A DNA stretch of 64,000 nt from Sedimentisphaerales bacterium. GTDB lineage: Bacteria; Planctomycetota; Phycisphaerae; Sedimentisphaerales; Anaerobacaceae. A program made the position numbers and the translations under genes. Location of the stretch: the NCBI GenBank assembly GCA_963708075.1, contig OY970194.1:4096001-4160000 (forward strand), in the 5' to 3' direction. The notes under the pieces were generated by a model. The model was given only the letters and a program-made list of their open reading frames with translations, was not told the origin of the DNA and ran no database searches. Shown piece by piece: positions 34,215-46,340 of this stretch. Numbering within the stretch: the stretch's first letter is position 1; every line of letters begins with the position of its first letter.

Positions 34215-34223
34215 GACAGGCAG

Positions 34224-34302
34224 CGCGCCGCAACTGAAAGGAGTGGCACAGGAAGTAGAGGCCACGATTGTTAAGATCATGAAGGAAGCGGCGTCAGGTT
34301 GA
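34224..34302 (+). pseudogene. Duplicated 3' end of a DUF302 gene
   Basis: APQLKGVAQEVEATIVKIMKEAASG* vs APQLEGVAQEVEATILKIMTAAAQEAK* (32330-32414). Confidence 0.75.
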
Positions 34303-34411
34303 TTGGCTGGCCTTTGAACTTACCGATGGCTAGTGCGTAGTCATCATCGCGCCAGGCTGTCTGAATCGCAGTTATGACACCGCTGAACCAGTCAAATGAA
34401 ACCGGATTGAT

Positions 34412-36688
34412 ATGGCCATCGACCCCATCTGCGGCATGACGGTGGACGAAGCGTCCGCGCTACGTGCCGAGCGTGACGGACAGACGTTCTACTTTTGCAG
34501 CGACCACTGCCGGCAGAAGTTTCTGTCAACGCCCGCCACCGCGAAGCACGAAGAGAAGCCGCAGGGCAAAGCCATCTACACCTGCCCGATGCACCCCGAA
34601 GTGCAGCAGGACCATCCCGGCGATTGCCCCAAGTGCGGCATGGCGCTGGAACCGAAGACGGTGACAGCGGGTACGGATGACGAGGAAAACGCCGAGCTGC
34701 GCGACATGACGAAGCGCTTCTGGATCGGCGCCGCGCTGACGTTGCCGGTGTTTGTCCTGGCGATGGCTCACTTGATCCCGGCACTGGCCAGGCAGTCCTG
34801 GGCGGATAGCCACGCCTCACGCTGGATGCAATTTGCGCTCACCACGCCCGTGGTCTGGTGGGCAGGCTGGCCGTTCTTCCGCCGTGGCTGGCGCTCCGTC
34901 GTGACGCGTCACTTGAACATGTTCACGCTGATCGCCATCGGCGTGGGCGCAGCATTCGTCTTTAGCGCCGTGGCGATGCTCATGCCCGGCCTGTTCCCAC
35001 ACACGATGCAACACGAGGGCAAGGTCGCCATCTACTTTGAGGCCGCCGCGGTGATCGTTGTGCTGGTGCTCCTCGGTCAGGTGCTCGAACTCCGTGCCCG
35101 CAGCCGCACGGGCAGCGCCATCAAAGCGTTGCTGAACCTCGCACCGCCCACGGCGCGACAAGTCGCACCGGGGGGCGATCATGAAGTCCCGCTCGACCAG
35201 GTGAAAGTCGGCGACTGGTTGCGCGTGGTTCCAGGTGACAAGGTGCCCGTGGATGGCGCGGTGGTCGAAGGTCACTCCAGCGTGGAAGAGTCCATGATCA
35301 CCGGCGAACCGCTCCCGGTGGAAAAGACCGTCGGCGACAAGGTGACGGGCGGCACCGTCAATGGCCCCGGCAGTTTCGTCATGCGCGCCGAGCGAGTCGG
35401 CAGCGACACGTTGCTCGGGCAGATCGTGAACATGGTTGCCGAAGCCCAGCGCAGCCGCGCGCCCATTCAAGGTCTCGCCGACAAGGTCGCGGGCATCTTC
35501 GTGCCGGCGGTGCTGGCGGTTTCGGTGCTCACCTTCGTCCTCTGGATGTGGCTTGGGCCGGAGCCAAAGCTCGCGCACGCCATCGTCAACGCCGTCGCGG
35601 TCCTCATCATCGCCTGCCCGTGCGCCCTCGGCTTGGCCACGCCCATGTCCATCATGGTCGGCGTCGGACGCGGCGCGCAGGAAGGCGTGCTCGTGAAAAA
35701 CGCCGAGGCGCTCGAACGGTTGGAGAAAGTCACCACGCTCGTCGTGGACAAGACGGGCACTCTCACGGAGGGCAAACCCAAGCTCATGGATGTCCTGCCC
35801 ACCGGCGGTTTCGACGCGAAGGAGTTCCTGCGTCTCGCCGCCTCACTGGAGCAGAACAGCGAACACCCGCTCGCCGCCGCGATTGTGCAGGGCGCGAAGG
35901 AACAAGGTATCGCTTTCGAGGCCGTGAAAGACTTTCGTTCGGTGACGGCGGGCGGTGTTCTCGGCACCGTCGCCGGTCGTGCGGTGATGATCGGCAAACC
36001 GGATTTCCTGCGGAACGAAAAGATCACCGGCCTGGAGCCGCTCGAAGCCTCGGCCGTGAAACTTCAGGAAGAGGGCAAGACCGCGATGTTTGTCGCCATC
36101 GATGGCAAGCCGGCCGGAATCCTCGCCGTCGCCGACCCGATCAAATCCACCACCGCCGAAGCCATCCGCGAACTCCACGCGCTCGGGTTGAAGCTCGTCA
36201 TGCTCACCGGCGACAACCGCCGCACCGCCGCCGCGGTGGCCAAGCAACTCGGCCTCGATGCGGTGGAAGCGGAGATCGAACCCGCCGGAAAAGTCGCCCA
36301 TGTCAAGAAGCTGCGCGCGGAAGGCAAACATGTTGCGATGGCCGGCGACGGCATCAACGACGCACCCGCCCTCAGCGAAGCGGAAGTCGGCATTGCCATG
36401 GGCACCGGCACCGACGTGGCCATGCAAAGCGCGGGCATCACCCTCGTGAAAGGCGACCTCCGCGGCATTGCCAAGGCCATCCGCCTCAGTCGCGCCACCA
36501 TGCGGAACATCCGGCAGAACCTGTTCTTCGCCTTTCTCTACAACGCGCTGGGTATTCCGGTGGCGGCGGGAGTGCTTTACCCGTTCTTCGGCTTGCTGCT
36601 CAGCCCGATCATTGCCGGCGCCGCGATGAGCCTGAGTTCCGTCTCGGTCATCAGCAACGCCTTGCGGCTGCGGAAAGTGAGGCTGTGA
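34412..36688 (+). CDS. copA: Cu(I)-translocating P1B-type ATPase with YHS and heavy-metal-binding domains
   Basis: [47 protein letters not shown]. Confidence 0.95.
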   Translation: MAIDPICGMTVDEASALRAERDGQTFYFCSDHCRQKFLSTPATAKHEEKPQGKAIYTCPMHPEVQQDHPGDCPKCGMALEPKTVTAGTDDEENAELRDMTKRFWIGAALTLPVFVLAMAHLIPALARQSWADSHASRWMQFALTTPVVWWAGWPFFRRGWRSVVTRHLNMFTLIAIGVGAAFVFSAVAMLMPGLFPHTMQHEGKVAIYFEAAAVIVVLVLLGQVLELRARSRTGSAIKALLNLAPPTARQVAPGGDHEVPLDQVKVGDWLRVVPGDKVPVDGAVVEGHSSVEESMITGEPLPVEKTVGDKVTGGTVNGPGSFVMRAERVGSDTLLGQIVNMVAEAQRSRAPIQGLADKVAGIFVPAVLAVSVLTFVLWMWLGPEPKLAHAIVNAVAVLIIACPCALGLATPMSIMVGVGRGAQEGVLVKNAEALERLEKVTTLVVDKTGTLTEGKPKLMDVLPTGGFDAKEFLRLAASLEQNSEHPLAAAIVQGAKEQGIAFEAVKDFRSVTAGGVLGTVAGRAVMIGKPDFLRNEKITGLEPLEASAVKLQEEGKTAMFVAIDGKPAGILAVADPIKSTTAEAIRELHALGLKLVMLTGDNRRTAAAVAKQLGLDAVEAEIEPAGKVAHVKKLRAEGKHVAMAGDGINDAPALSEAEVGIAMGTGTDVAMQSAGITLVKGDLRGIAKAIRLSRATMRNIRQNLFFAFLYNALGIPVAAGVLYPFFGLLLSPIIAGAAMSLSSVSVISNALRLRKVRL

Positions 36689-36702
36689 TTGAGTTGCGAA
36701 AC

Positions 36703-36870
36703 ATGAAAACAAAAACAAAGACGCTCACTCTGGAACTGGTCTACGAGGCAAACGCCTATTGGCGTGCCGCCAGCTATCTGTCGGGCGGCGGCCAGCCGGG
36801 TTGCGGTCCGCGTCATTCGCACGGACGAAGAACGCATGATAGCCAAGATGGTGTGCCGCGTTCTCGGCCT
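36703..36870 (+). pseudogene. Deletion scar: phosphoketolase 5' end joined to acetate kinase 3' end
   Basis: MKTKTK...NAYWRAASYLS (cf. [11 protein letters not shown]); 36791-36833 identical to ackA 30960-31002. Confidence 0.8.
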
Positions 36871-36893
36871 CCCGGTTGGAAAGGAAATGTGCC

Positions 36894-38396
36894 ATGAAGA
36901 CGAAGAGGACTAACCTCAGGGACAGATCAGCGATGACGATGGCTGTTGGTAATCTGGTGTTCGACGTCTGGCACATCGCTGCCATCGGACTTGGGTTGCT
37001 TCTCTCTGTGTTGGCGACGGGGCACGCGGTTCTCAACAAGCGTGATTCGCGCGCCGCCATCGCGTGGGTGGGTTTCGTTTGGTTCGTGCCTCTGGTCGGG
37101 GCGGTCATGTACTTCATCTTCGGCCTGAATCGTATTCGCCATAGGGCCGCTTTGCTGCGAAGGAACCTGGAGCGATATCGGGCACAAGCCGCGCAACCCG
37201 AATGTCTGCCGGAAGAGTTGCAGCGCCATCTACCGGATCACGGAGGGCATCTCCAGATGCTGGCTCGGGTCGTTGGGGGTGTGATAGAGCGGCCCTTGCT
37301 GCCAGGCAATCGGATCGATCCGTTGGTGAACGGAGATGAAGCCTATCCGGCCATGCTGGAAGCGATCCAACACGCACGCCAGACAGTCTCTTTCGTGACC
37401 TATATCTTCGATCGGGACGAGGTCGGGATGGCCTTTGCGCATGCGCTGGGCGAGGCCGCGCGCCGGGGCGTGGAAGTGCGGGTGCTGATTGACGCGATGG
37501 GGACTCGGTATTCCTGGCCCACCATTCTCCACACGCTGCGACGAGAAGGGGTGAAGCATGCACGGTTTCTCCCGCCGTCTGCTTTGTGGCATCTGATGTC
37601 GATGAACATGCGCACACATCGGAAGATCCTGGTGGCGGATGGGCGCGTGGGATTTACCGGCGGCATGAATATTCGAGTGGGACATTGCCTTCAACGCCAA
37701 CCGCCACACCCGGTACAGGACATCCATTTCCGAGTGAAAGGCCCTGTGGTGACCCAACTGCAAGAAGTGTTCACCGATGATTGGCTGTTTACGACCGGCG
37801 AAGCTTTGCGTGGTGATTCGTGGTTTCCCAAAAGCGAAAACGCGGGGCAGGTGTTGGCGCGAGGCGTGCCCGATGGCCCGGATGAGAATTTCGAGAAGCT
37901 TCATTGGACGCTGTTGGGAGCCCTCTCGATTGCCCGCTATTCCGTCCGGATCATGACTCCCTATTTTCTGCCCGACCCCGCCGTGGTATCCGCCCTGAAT
38001 CTGGCATCAATGCGGGGTGTGCAGGTTGATATCATTTTGCCCGCACGAATCAACCTGCCGTTCATCCTGTGGGCCTCCCGGGCGATGTGGTCGCAAGTCC
38101 TCCAGCATGGATGCCGGATGTGGTTAACCCCGCCTCCATTCGATCACTCAAAACTCATGCTGGTGGATGGCTGCTGGGTGCTACTGGGATCGGCCAACTG
38201 GGATTCACGAAGCTTGCGTCTCAACTTCGAGTTCAACGTGGAATGTTACGACGCCGAACTCGCCCAGCGGCTTGATCAGTGGGTCGAGACGAAACGGAAG
38301 GGCGCCCATCCCGTGACGATGGAGGAGGTCGATGGCCGCCCACTGCCGGCTCGCCTGCGCGACGGCATTGCGCGATTGCTGACGCCGTACTTGTAG
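36894..38396 (+). CDS. cls: Cardiolipin synthase
   Basis: N-terminal TM region; two HKD motifs ([16 protein letters not shown]); GSANWD.RS. Confidence 0.92.
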   Translation: MKTKRTNLRDRSAMTMAVGNLVFDVWHIAAIGLGLLLSVLATGHAVLNKRDSRAAIAWVGFVWFVPLVGAVMYFIFGLNRIRHRAALLRRNLERYRAQAAQPECLPEELQRHLPDHGGHLQMLARVVGGVIERPLLPGNRIDPLVNGDEAYPAMLEAIQHARQTVSFVTYIFDRDEVGMAFAHALGEAARRGVEVRVLIDAMGTRYSWPTILHTLRREGVKHARFLPPSALWHLMSMNMRTHRKILVADGRVGFTGGMNIRVGHCLQRQPPHPVQDIHFRVKGPVVTQLQEVFTDDWLFTTGEALRGDSWFPKSENAGQVLARGVPDGPDENFEKLHWTLLGALSIARYSVRIMTPYFLPDPAVVSALNLASMRGVQVDIILPARINLPFILWASRAMWSQVLQHGCRMWLTPPPFDHSKLMLVDGCWVLLGSANWDSRSLRLNFEFNVECYDAELAQRLDQWVETKRKGAHPVTMEEVDGRPLPARLRDGIARLLTPYL

Positions 38397-38442
38397 TCCG
38401 GGACTTATGTGTGGGCAAATCCATCTGGAAAGGAATGCGATC

Positions 38443-40833
38443 ATGAAGATAGACAAGAAGAACGCAGCGGATAAACCATTGTCAAACGAACTGCTTTCCA
38501 AGATGGACGCCTACTGGCGCGCTGCCAACTATCTGTCGGTCGGCCAGATTTATCTTTACGACAATCCGCTGCTGAAGCGGCCGCTGACGCTCGCGGATGT
38601 GAAGCACATGCTGTTGGGGCACTGGGGCACGACCCCCGGGCAGAACTTCATTTACGTGCACTTGAACCGGGTGATCAAGAAATACGACCTCGACATGATT
38701 TACGTCTCCGGTCCCGGGCACGGCGGCCCGGCCGTCGTGGGCAACACTTACCTCGAGGGCACGTACAGCGAGATTTATCCCAATATCAGCCAGGATGAGG
38801 CCGGGCTTCGGAAGCTCTTTATTCAGTTCTCGTTTCCCGGAGGAATTCCCAGCCACGCCTCGCCGGAGTGCCCGGGCTCGATCCACGAGGGCGGCGAGCT
38901 GGGCTATTCGCTCAGCCATTCGTTCGGGGCGGTGTTCGACAATCCCGATCTGATCGTCGCCTGCGTCGTCGGCGATGGCGAGGCGGAAACCGGACCGCTG
39001 GCCACAGCGTGGCATTCCAACAAGTTTCTCAACCCAATTACCGACGGAGCCGTGCTGCCGATCCTGCACCTCAATGGCTACAAGATCAGCAACCCGACCG
39101 TCCTGGCCCGCATCGAGCATGAGGAATTGGAGCAGTTTCTACGAGGTTGTGGCTGGACGCCCCACTTTGTGGAAGGTGATGAGCCCGAAGAGATGCATCA
39201 ACTCATGGCCGATGCTTTGGAAAAGGCCATCGAGAGCATCCGGCAAATCCAAAGCAATGCACGGAACAAGAACGACACCACTCGGCCTCGCTGGCCAATG
39301 ATCGTCCTGAGGTCACCCAAGGGCTGGACGGGACCGAAGATGGTCGATGGCCTGCAAGTTGAAGGCACGTTCCGTTCGCACCAGGTGCCGCTCTCCGACC
39401 CGGCCACCCATCCCGAACACCTCAAGCTGTTGGAAGACTGGCTGAGGAGCTACCGGCCGGAGGAACTCTTCGATGAGCAGGGCCGCCTGAAACCGGAACT
39501 GGCCGAACTTGCGCCCAAGGGCGAACGACGCATGGGCGCGAATCCCCACGCCAACGGCGGCATTCTGCTCCGCGACCTGCGGATGCCGGACTTCCGCGAC
39601 TACGCGGTCGACGTGCCCTCGCCGGGGGTGCGCGGCATCGGCGACACACATGTGCTCGGGCCTTTCCTGCGCGATGTGGCGAAGCTGAACAGTGAGCAGC
39701 GAAATTTCCGGGTCTTTGGCCCTGACGAGACGCTCTCCAACGGCCTGGAAGCCCTCTTTGACGTGACCCAACGCCAATGGGACGCCGCGACCGTGCCGAA
39801 CGACGAATTTCTCGCGCCCACCGGGCGAGTGATGGAAATGCTCAGCGAGCACCAGTGCGAGGGCTGGCTCGAGGGCTACCTGCTCACCGGCCGGCATGGG
39901 CTCTTCAATTGCTATGAGGCGTTCATCCACATCGTCGATTCGATGTTCAACCAGCACGCCAAGTGGCTGAAGGTCACGTCGCGGCTGCCGTGGCGGAGGA
40001 AGATCGCCTCGTTAAACTACCTGCTGGCCTCGCATGTCTGGCGCCAGGATCACAACGGCTTCACGCACCAGGATCCCGGCTTCATCGACCACGTCGTGAA
40101 CAAGAAGGCCGAGATCGTGCGCGTTTACCTTCCGCCGGATGCAAACTGCCTGCTGTCGGTGATGGACCACTGCCTGCGCAGCCGCCACTATGTCAACCTC
40201 GTGATCGCGGGCAAACACCCGGCGCCGCAGTGGCTGACGATGGACGCCGCCGTCAAGCACTGCACCGAAGGCATCGGCATCTGGCAGTGGGCCAGCAACG
40301 ACCAGGACGTTGCACCCGATGTGGTCATGGCCTGCTGTGGCGACGTGCCCACGCTTGAGACGCTCGCCGCCGTCTCCATTCTGCGCGAGCATCTGCCCGA
40401 CCTGAAAATCCGGGTGGTCAATGTCGTCGACCTCATGAAACTGCAGCCGCAAACCGAGCACCCGCACGGGTTGAGCGACGTCGATTTCGACGAGCTCTTC
40501 ACCAAGGACAAGCCGGTCATCTTCGCCTTCCATGCCTACCCGTGGTTGATCCACCGGCTAACCTACCGCCGCACCAACCACGACAACATCCACGTCCGCG
40601 GCTACAAGGAAGAGGGCACCATCACCACGCCCTTCGACATGACGGTGCTAAACGATCTGGACCGCTTCCATCTCGTGATGGACACTATCGACCGCCTGCC
40701 GCAGACCGGCGACAAAGGCATCTACCTGAAGCAGCAGCTCAAGGACAAGCTCGTCGAGCACAAGCAATACATTGACAAGTACGGCGAAGACCTGCCGGAG
40801 ATTCGGAACTGGAAGTGGAGCAGCCCCAAATGA
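38443..40833 (+). CDS. xfp: Xylulose-5-phosphate/fructose-6-phosphate phosphoketolase
   Basis: [44 protein letters not shown]. Confidence 0.97.
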   Translation: MKIDKKNAADKPLSNELLSKMDAYWRAANYLSVGQIYLYDNPLLKRPLTLADVKHMLLGHWGTTPGQNFIYVHLNRVIKKYDLDMIYVSGPGHGGPAVVGNTYLEGTYSEIYPNISQDEAGLRKLFIQFSFPGGIPSHASPECPGSIHEGGELGYSLSHSFGAVFDNPDLIVACVVGDGEAETGPLATAWHSNKFLNPITDGAVLPILHLNGYKISNPTVLARIEHEELEQFLRGCGWTPHFVEGDEPEEMHQLMADALEKAIESIRQIQSNARNKNDTTRPRWPMIVLRSPKGWTGPKMVDGLQVEGTFRSHQVPLSDPATHPEHLKLLEDWLRSYRPEELFDEQGRLKPELAELAPKGERRMGANPHANGGILLRDLRMPDFRDYAVDVPSPGVRGIGDTHVLGPFLRDVAKLNSEQRNFRVFGPDETLSNGLEALFDVTQRQWDAATVPNDEFLAPTGRVMEMLSEHQCEGWLEGYLLTGRHGLFNCYEAFIHIVDSMFNQHAKWLKVTSRLPWRRKIASLNYLLASHVWRQDHNGFTHQDPGFIDHVVNKKAEIVRVYLPPDANCLLSVMDHCLRSRHYVNLVIAGKHPAPQWLTMDAAVKHCTEGIGIWQWASNDQDVAPDVVMACCGDVPTLETLAAVSILREHLPDLKIRVVNVVDLMKLQPQTEHPHGLSDVDFDELFTKDKPVIFAFHAYPWLIHRLTYRRTNHDNIHVRGYKEEGTITTPFDMTVLNDLDRFHLVMDTIDRLPQTGDKGIYLKQQLKDKLVEHKQYIDKYGEDLPEIRNWKWSSPK

Positions 40834-40991
40834 ACGCACAAGAGCTCATAGACACCACGAGAGCGCTGGTCGCCGGCGACAAGGGCCTGCTGGCGATGGA
40901 TGAAAGCAATCCAACCTGCAACAAACGATTTGCCGGGTTGGGGATTCCCCAAACGCCCCCGTCGGGCAAAACGAAAAAGGAGTCGTTATGA
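40830..40991 (+). pseudogene. Class I fructose-bisphosphate aldolase N-terminal remnant
   Basis: [34 protein letters not shown], truncated after ~42 codons. Confidence 0.75.
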
Positions 40992-41380
40992 AAGGATTTG
41001 TGCAAGACATCGAAAGTCTGGCCATCAAGAATGATGAGTTTCGCCGAGTGCTTTACACGGCAAAACACTGCCAGCTCGTCGTCATGGCACTGAAGCCCAA
41101 GGAAGAGATCGGGGCGGAAGTCCACAGGCTCGACCAGTTCTTTCGCGTGGAGGAGGGTTCCGGTGAGGCGGTTCTCGATGGCGTTCGGACGGCGATCCGA
41201 GCGGGCTTCGCGGTAGTCGTCCCGGCTGGGACGAATCACAACATCATCAATACCGGCGGTGTTCCACTGAAGCTCTATACGCTCTATGCGCCGCCGAATC
41301 ATCGGGACGGCGTCGTCCACCATACCCGCGACGACGCGGAGGCCGACAACGAGCACTTCGACGGCAAAACGACGGAATAG
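40988..41380 (+). CDS. Cupin-domain protein
   Basis: EIGAEVH..DQFFRVEEG, VPAGTNHNIIN, LYTLYAPPNH. Confidence 0.9.
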   Translation: MKGFVQDIESLAIKNDEFRRVLYTAKHCQLVVMALKPKEEIGAEVHRLDQFFRVEEGSGEAVLDGVRTAIRAGFAVVVPAGTNHNIINTGGVPLKLYTLYAPPNHRDGVVHHTRDDAEADNEHFDGKTTE

Positions 41381-41469
41381 AGAGTCGACTGCGCGCCGGG
41401 CTGATCTCCGCAGGAGGGGAACGCAGATCTACTACAAGGACGTCGCATCATGTTTGAATAAGGTTTGCA

Positions 41470-42642
41470 ATGGCGAAAAATGATATCCCGCGTCACGTCC
41501 GCTTCGAGCTATCACCCAAGACCTTGGTGGCGCTCGTCCTCGTCGCCGCTTCCCTCTGGCTGCTGATCCGGCTCTGGCCTGTCCTCCTTGTGCTCGTCGT
41601 CGCTCTTCTCGTCGCCGGCACGTTGAGCCCGGCCGTCCGCTGGCTCGAAGAGAAGCGCGTGGGACGCGGGTTCGGAATCGCGATGGTCTTCTCGGTCTTC
41701 TTCATCCTCGCGCTTCTCTTCGTCATCCTTACGATCCCGACGCTGGTGTCGCAGGCGGTGGCGCTTCTCGAGCACGAGCCCGCGCTGCGCGCGCGACTCG
41801 CGGACCATCTCGCCGGCTCTCATCTGAGCGCCCCGCTGGCGACTTGGCTTCGCGGCCTCAAGCTCGACGCGCTGACGGGCACCATCGGCGCGACGGCGTT
41901 CGCCTTCTCCCTACGCGTCTTCGGCGCGGTCGCGTACGGGTTGAGCGCCCTCTTCCTCGGGCTCTACATCCTGATCGACCGCGATCGGCTCCGAGGGGGG
42001 CTTTTCGCCGTTGTCCCCCGCTCGCACCACATCCGGCTCTCTCGCATCATGATGAACCTCGAGACGATCGTCGGCGCGTACATCCGTGGACAGATGGTCA
42101 CGTGCCTGCTGATGGCACTCTTCGCGTTCGGGCTTCTGAAGGCGTGCGGCGTGGAGAACGCTCTGGCGCTCGCGGCGTTCGTCGGCCTCATGGACGTGCT
42201 GCCCTACATCGGGCCTCTCCTCGCGGCAGGGCCGGCGGTCCTCGCGGCACTGTCGCGTGGGCCCATCGTTGCCGTCGTCGTTCTCGTCCTCATGCTCGCG
42301 TACCAGGAGTTCGAAAACAGTGTGCTCGTTCCTCGGATCTATGGCCGGGCGCTGCGCCTTCCCTCGTCCGTCGTCCTGTTCGCGCTCCTGGCGGGCGGGA
42401 CGCTGATGGGGATCCTCGGCGTGCTCCTCGCCCTACCCGTCGCGGCCACGGTGATGATGCTCATAGAGGAGTTGCGAGTGGAGCTGCCTGGTGAGCAGGA
42501 GCAGGTCGCGGATGCGCAAGTGCGTGAAGCCGACGACCGCGGGGAGAAAGAGTACGAACGCAGGACGGAGGGTGTGGGCGCGGAGCAGGCCGCCGCCATC
42601 GCCGTCGAGATCTCGGCAGACCGGCGGGAGGAAGAAAGCTGA
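41470..42642 (+). CDS. AI-2E (PerM/TqsA) family transporter
   Basis: Multi-TM; GAYIRGQ, LPYIG, YQEFEN..LVPRI, LLALPVAA. Confidence 0.9.
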   Translation: MAKNDIPRHVRFELSPKTLVALVLVAASLWLLIRLWPVLLVLVVALLVAGTLSPAVRWLEEKRVGRGFGIAMVFSVFFILALLFVILTIPTLVSQAVALLEHEPALRARLADHLAGSHLSAPLATWLRGLKLDALTGTIGATAFAFSLRVFGAVAYGLSALFLGLYILIDRDRLRGGLFAVVPRSHHIRLSRIMMNLETIVGAYIRGQMVTCLLMALFAFGLLKACGVENALALAAFVGLMDVLPYIGPLLAAGPAVLAALSRGPIVAVVVLVLMLAYQEFENSVLVPRIYGRALRLPSSVVLFALLAGGTLMGILGVLLALPVAATVMMLIEELRVELPGEQEQVADAQVREADDRGEKEYERRTEGVGAEQAAAIAVEISADRREEES

Positions 42643-42668
42643 ACCAGCGACACACGGATTTTCAGTCC
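42640..42668 (-). repeat. 29-bp tRNA-Phe(GAA) fragment, copy 1 (att-like)
   Basis: Minus strand GGACTGAAAATCCGTGTGTCGCTGGTTCA: anticodon arm, variable loop and start of T arm; identical to 46544-46572. Confidence 0.75.
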
Positions 42669-43307
42669 GAACAGGGCGTTCGTAAGTCCTTGTGGGATAA
42701 GGGGTAATGGTTGTCAGATAAAGACTTATGTAGATCAGGCGTAGATCAGCCGAAGGTCAGCCGTAGACCAGACATACATGTCTGGCGCGCACTTTGGCAC
42801 GCGTCTGGTGATTGCCAAAGCTTGTAAGACCGGTCTCACTGTGATTAGCTCCGGCATCGCCCTCAAATCCTGTTTGGCTCCGGCTGCGGCTTCGGCGGGG
42901 CCTTCGCCACCGGTGTCATGTAGCCCAGCAATCTGTCGCTGCCAGTCAGTCTCGCCGACCCACCCCACTGCGGCGGCACCCCCGAAACCCCGCACAGCGT
43001 CGTCCAGAAGCGTAAACTTACTCATCCGCGCCATCGGGCGGGCCTGCGGTGAGGCTTTCGAGAGCCCGCCAATGTACTCCAGGTAGATTGTTTCGCCGTC
43101 CTGCCGACATCATCCAGAGCATTCCCGTGGGTTTACGTTCATCACCAGTTCAAGCTCTCTCGTCTCGAACGATCTTTCACAACTGCCGGGCCTTGGCATT
43201 TTAACCACAGTGCCTCTGAGAATCGACCGGTCTTCCGTCAATCCGGCCGCCACCAACTGGTCTGACGACCGTTTGACAGGCACGTGCGCCCTCGCACGAC
43301 CATGTGA

Positions 43308-46300
43308 CTACTTATCCAGCGGCTTCGTCAGCCCGGCCAGGTACGCGATCTCGGCCTGCTGCAAGGTACGATTATAGAGATAGAACTCATCGATGGTGCC
43401 CGGGAAGAAGCGAGAGAGGCTGTCGTGCCTCAGCACGCCGATCGTCAGCCGCGGCAGGACTTCGGCGAACTCTGTGCTGTCCGCCGCTGTGGCCGCCTGC
43501 TCGCCATTGATGTACAACCTGATCGCAGTCGCCGACTTCACGGCCGCCATGTGGTACCACTCCCCGTCAGCGTAGTTGCTGTTGCTGCGCATGTCGTTGC
43601 CACCCGAGGTACCCAGGGGGACCCGATGCAGGAAGCGAAACGCCCCGGTGTCCGTAATCTCCAGCAGCACGCCATGGGAGCTGCCGGAGTAGATCGACAC
43701 CAGGTCCCTCGTGCCGGTGCCGCCCTCCACATTGAACCACATGGCGGCGGAGTACTCGGCAAGGGTGAACGAGCCCTCGACCATGAGATAATCGGTTGCG
43801 CCGTTGAGCTTGATGGCCTGGCCGACCTTGCCGGGGACGTATGTCGGCGTCCCGCCGGCGGTGGCATGCAGCGTTCCCGCGCTGCTGTTCGTGTTGCCCT
43901 CTAAGGCATAATGGATCAGGAGATTCGCCGTATCGGGTTTGACCGGCGTCACGGACTGCCGATCCTGCGAGGACAACCTGATATCGTCGACGAACACGAG
44001 GCCCTTTCCGCCCTCGAAGCCGATGGCCAGCTTGGTAACCTTGCTGAGGTCCACGCCGCTGAACTGGCTCAGGGAGATATACCAGAGATGCCAGGGCTTG
44101 CGAAGAAGATTAGTGGCGTCACCGTCATACGCCACTTTGCGGCCGTTGACCTTCACGTACATCTGCGACGCTGTGTTGGTGGCATTGCCACAGAACCAGA
44201 GCATCAGGGCCTTGATTCCGTGTCCGGTCCAGTCCTGGGGATCCGTGAAGGTCCGTTCCGCCTCGGAAGTCGCCGCGACGGAACTGTCGTAGGACACCGG
44301 CATGGACTGCGTGCCACCATGGACCGTCGCGGTCTCCATGATATTGCCCGCCGTGGGGTCGTACCCGACCATGGCGCCCGTGCCGTTTCCAGGATTCCCC
44401 TTCGGAAAGAACTCATCCTCCGAGAAGCCCATCCCATCGATCCACGTCTGGAAGACCCGCTTGGGCGAATCATTCGTGCAACTCTCGAAGTCATCCACCA
44501 CGAGGTACTCATGGGTCGAGAAGCTCCACACATCGCCTGTCCAGACGCCGGGACGGGCGGCATCGTTGACCTCATCCACTCTCCAGTAGTAAGTCGTCGC
44601 AAGATTGAGGCCGGTCGGATCAAAGCTGTGCGTGCTCACTGTGTTTGCGGAGGCCGTGCCGTTGGCTACGGCATTCGGATCGCTGCTGAGATAGACCTTA
44701 TGCAACGCCGCCTCACGTCCGGGCCGCCAGTTCAGCGTGACATCCAGCTCTTGTCCGGTCGCATCAATGGCCGGCTGGGGCTCTCTAGCCTGGACGGGAA
44801 CATAGAAGAACCGCACTTCGCTCAGGCCCGCCTGAGCCATCCCGCCCCATGTGCTGTTGATGGTCAGCTTGACGTACTTTGCCGGTGCACCACCGAAATC
44901 CACAATCGTATCGTGAACATAGTTGGTCGAGCCGCTTGCACGTGTGAACACGGGTACCCCGCCCAACGGAGTCCACGTACTGCCGTCGGCGGAATACTCG
45001 ATGGCAACATCCTTGGCTCCAAAGCCGATGATATTCTCGTTTGGCTGGTTGTAATTCCAGATCCACAGTTCATCCAGCCGGTAGAGCTTGTCAAATTCGA
45101 ATTGGATCCAGTTCGGCAGCGTACCCTTGCTGAACCACATCTGCTTGACATCCGTTGAATGCTGATCATCCGCGTTCAGGCCGGCTCCGTCGATTGTTTT
45201 CTCCGGCCCCATGTCGGCTTGTGAACTGGACGCCGTGGCGGTCACGTTCGTGATCGGATAGGCATACGGCTCGACTGTAAAGCTCCATACGCTGCCCTTG
45301 GTGATTGACGGGACATTGACCTCATCGACCCTCCAGTAGTAGGTTTGGCCCAGAGCGAGCAGCCCCGGCACGTAGGTGGCGGCATCCTGGCCCTGGCTGA
45401 CCAGTACGTCCTTTGGGCTGGTCCTGCCGGCAGCGTTAACGTCTGCGAGCACGGTTCCAAAGTACACATCATGCGTCCTGGCGAGTTGCCCGGGGGACCA
45501 GCTCAGGACCGCATCACGAGCTATGTCCTCTGCACCGTTTCCCGGCGAAGGCCCTCCTGCGGCGAGGTACGGATGACTGGTCACATCCTCCCAGGTGGTG
45601 CCCAATCGCATCAAATCCACTTCCTTCTCGCCCGAATTGCTCTGACCGACACGGAAACTGAACCCGATGATTCCCGTCGCCGGGTTGATGTCATTGCCCG
45701 TCTCGGCGATGGCGGTTGCGTCCGCCGCGGGTTCGGGCGCCCCGACCGGCGGGTTCACCCATAGTTGCACGGTGTCATTATTCGACCCCGGGACCATCGT
45801 AACCTTCATGACCACCAAGGCGGTCTGTCCCAGCGGAATGGGTTTCTTACTCAGCACCGTAGCGGTGCGCATGCGGCAACCCAATTCCACTTGCCCGTTG
45901 GTATTCTTGCCGTCAATTCTCCCGAGCTGGCCCTGGATCGAGCCTGTCGTGTCAAGCTGGAACCAGTATGTGCCGGGAATACTCAGGGGCTTGTAAAGGA
46001 AGGACGCGTAAAGGGAATTCCCTTCACCGGTCACCGGCCTTGACAGAGCGTGGTAGATGTTGTTCGAACCTGCCTTTACGTAAAGTCGTCCATCCTGGGA
46101 GGTGATGCCGGGGTACTGAAGCGAGTTCGTGCCGCCGTCTCCCAATCCGTCGTCATTTAACACCCAGTGGGCGGTGGCATCAGTAGCGGTCCACCCTCCG
46201 ATGCCATTAAGATTCGTTCTGTCCGCATAGGCAAAGTCATCGGAAAACAACACCTCCGCCCCAGCAGGTGCGCTCAGGACCAAGCCGAACATCAGGACCA

Positions 46301-46340
46301 ACCCTCGGACGACGACACGGAAGATGCACTGCTTCCACAT
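43308..46340 (-). CDS. Large secreted protein with FN3-like repeats, F5/8 type C (discoidin) and C-terminal LamG domain
   Basis: Signal peptide; TYYWRVDEVN twice, WIQFEFDK, GLSEVRF, VVDDFES, WYHMAAV...LYINGE...IDEFYLYNR; RBS AGGAGG. Confidence 0.88.
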   Translation of the reverse strand: MWKQCIFRVVVRGLVLMFGLVLSAPAGAEVLFSDDFAYADRTNLNGIGGWTATDATAHWVLNDDGLGDGGTNSLQYPGITSQDGRLYVKAGSNNIYHALSRPVTGEGNSLYASFLYKPLSIPGTYWFQLDTTGSIQGQLGRIDGKNTNGQVELGCRMRTATVLSKKPIPLGQTALVVMKVTMVPGSNNDTVQLWVNPPVGAPEPAADATAIAETGNDINPATGIIGFSFRVGQSNSGEKEVDLMRLGTTWEDVTSHPYLAAGGPSPGNGAEDIARDAVLSWSPGQLARTHDVYFGTVLADVNAAGRTSPKDVLVSQGQDAATYVPGLLALGQTYYWRVDEVNVPSITKGSVWSFTVEPYAYPITNVTATASSSQADMGPEKTIDGAGLNADDQHSTDVKQMWFSKGTLPNWIQFEFDKLYRLDELWIWNYNQPNENIIGFGAKDVAIEYSADGSTWTPLGGVPVFTRASGSTNYVHDTIVDFGGAPAKYVKLTINSTWGGMAQAGLSEVRFFYVPVQAREPQPAIDATGQELDVTLNWRPGREAALHKVYLSSDPNAVANGTASANTVSTHSFDPTGLNLATTYYWRVDEVNDAARPGVWTGDVWSFSTHEYLVVDDFESCTNDSPKRVFQTWIDGMGFSEDEFFPKGNPGNGTGAMVGYDPTAGNIMETATVHGGTQSMPVSYDSSVAATSEAERTFTDPQDWTGHGIKALMLWFCGNATNTASQMYVKVNGRKVAYDGDATNLLRKPWHLWYISLSQFSGVDLSKVTKLAIGFEGGKGLVFVDDIRLSSQDRQSVTPVKPDTANLLIHYALEGNTNSSAGTLHATAGGTPTYVPGKVGQAIKLNGATDYLMVEGSFTLAEYSAAMWFNVEGGTGTRDLVSIYSGSSHGVLLEITDTGAFRFLHRVPLGTSGGNDMRSNSNYADGEWYHMAAVKSATAIRLYINGEQAATAADSTEFAEVLPRLTIGVLRHDSLSRFFPGTIDEFYLYNRTLQQAEIAYLAGLTKPLDK

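Noticed and set aside
35548..36897. 449-aa alternative-frame ORF over copA, and similar long shadow ORFs (29994-31073, 43911-45158, 61645-62631)
   Set aside because: They overlap well-supported genes and have R/G/A-rich low-information sequence typical of GC-rich off-frames
42735..43260. Short ORFs between att-like copy 1 and the LamG gene
   Set aside because: No recognisable motifs or clear RBS; probably decayed sequence
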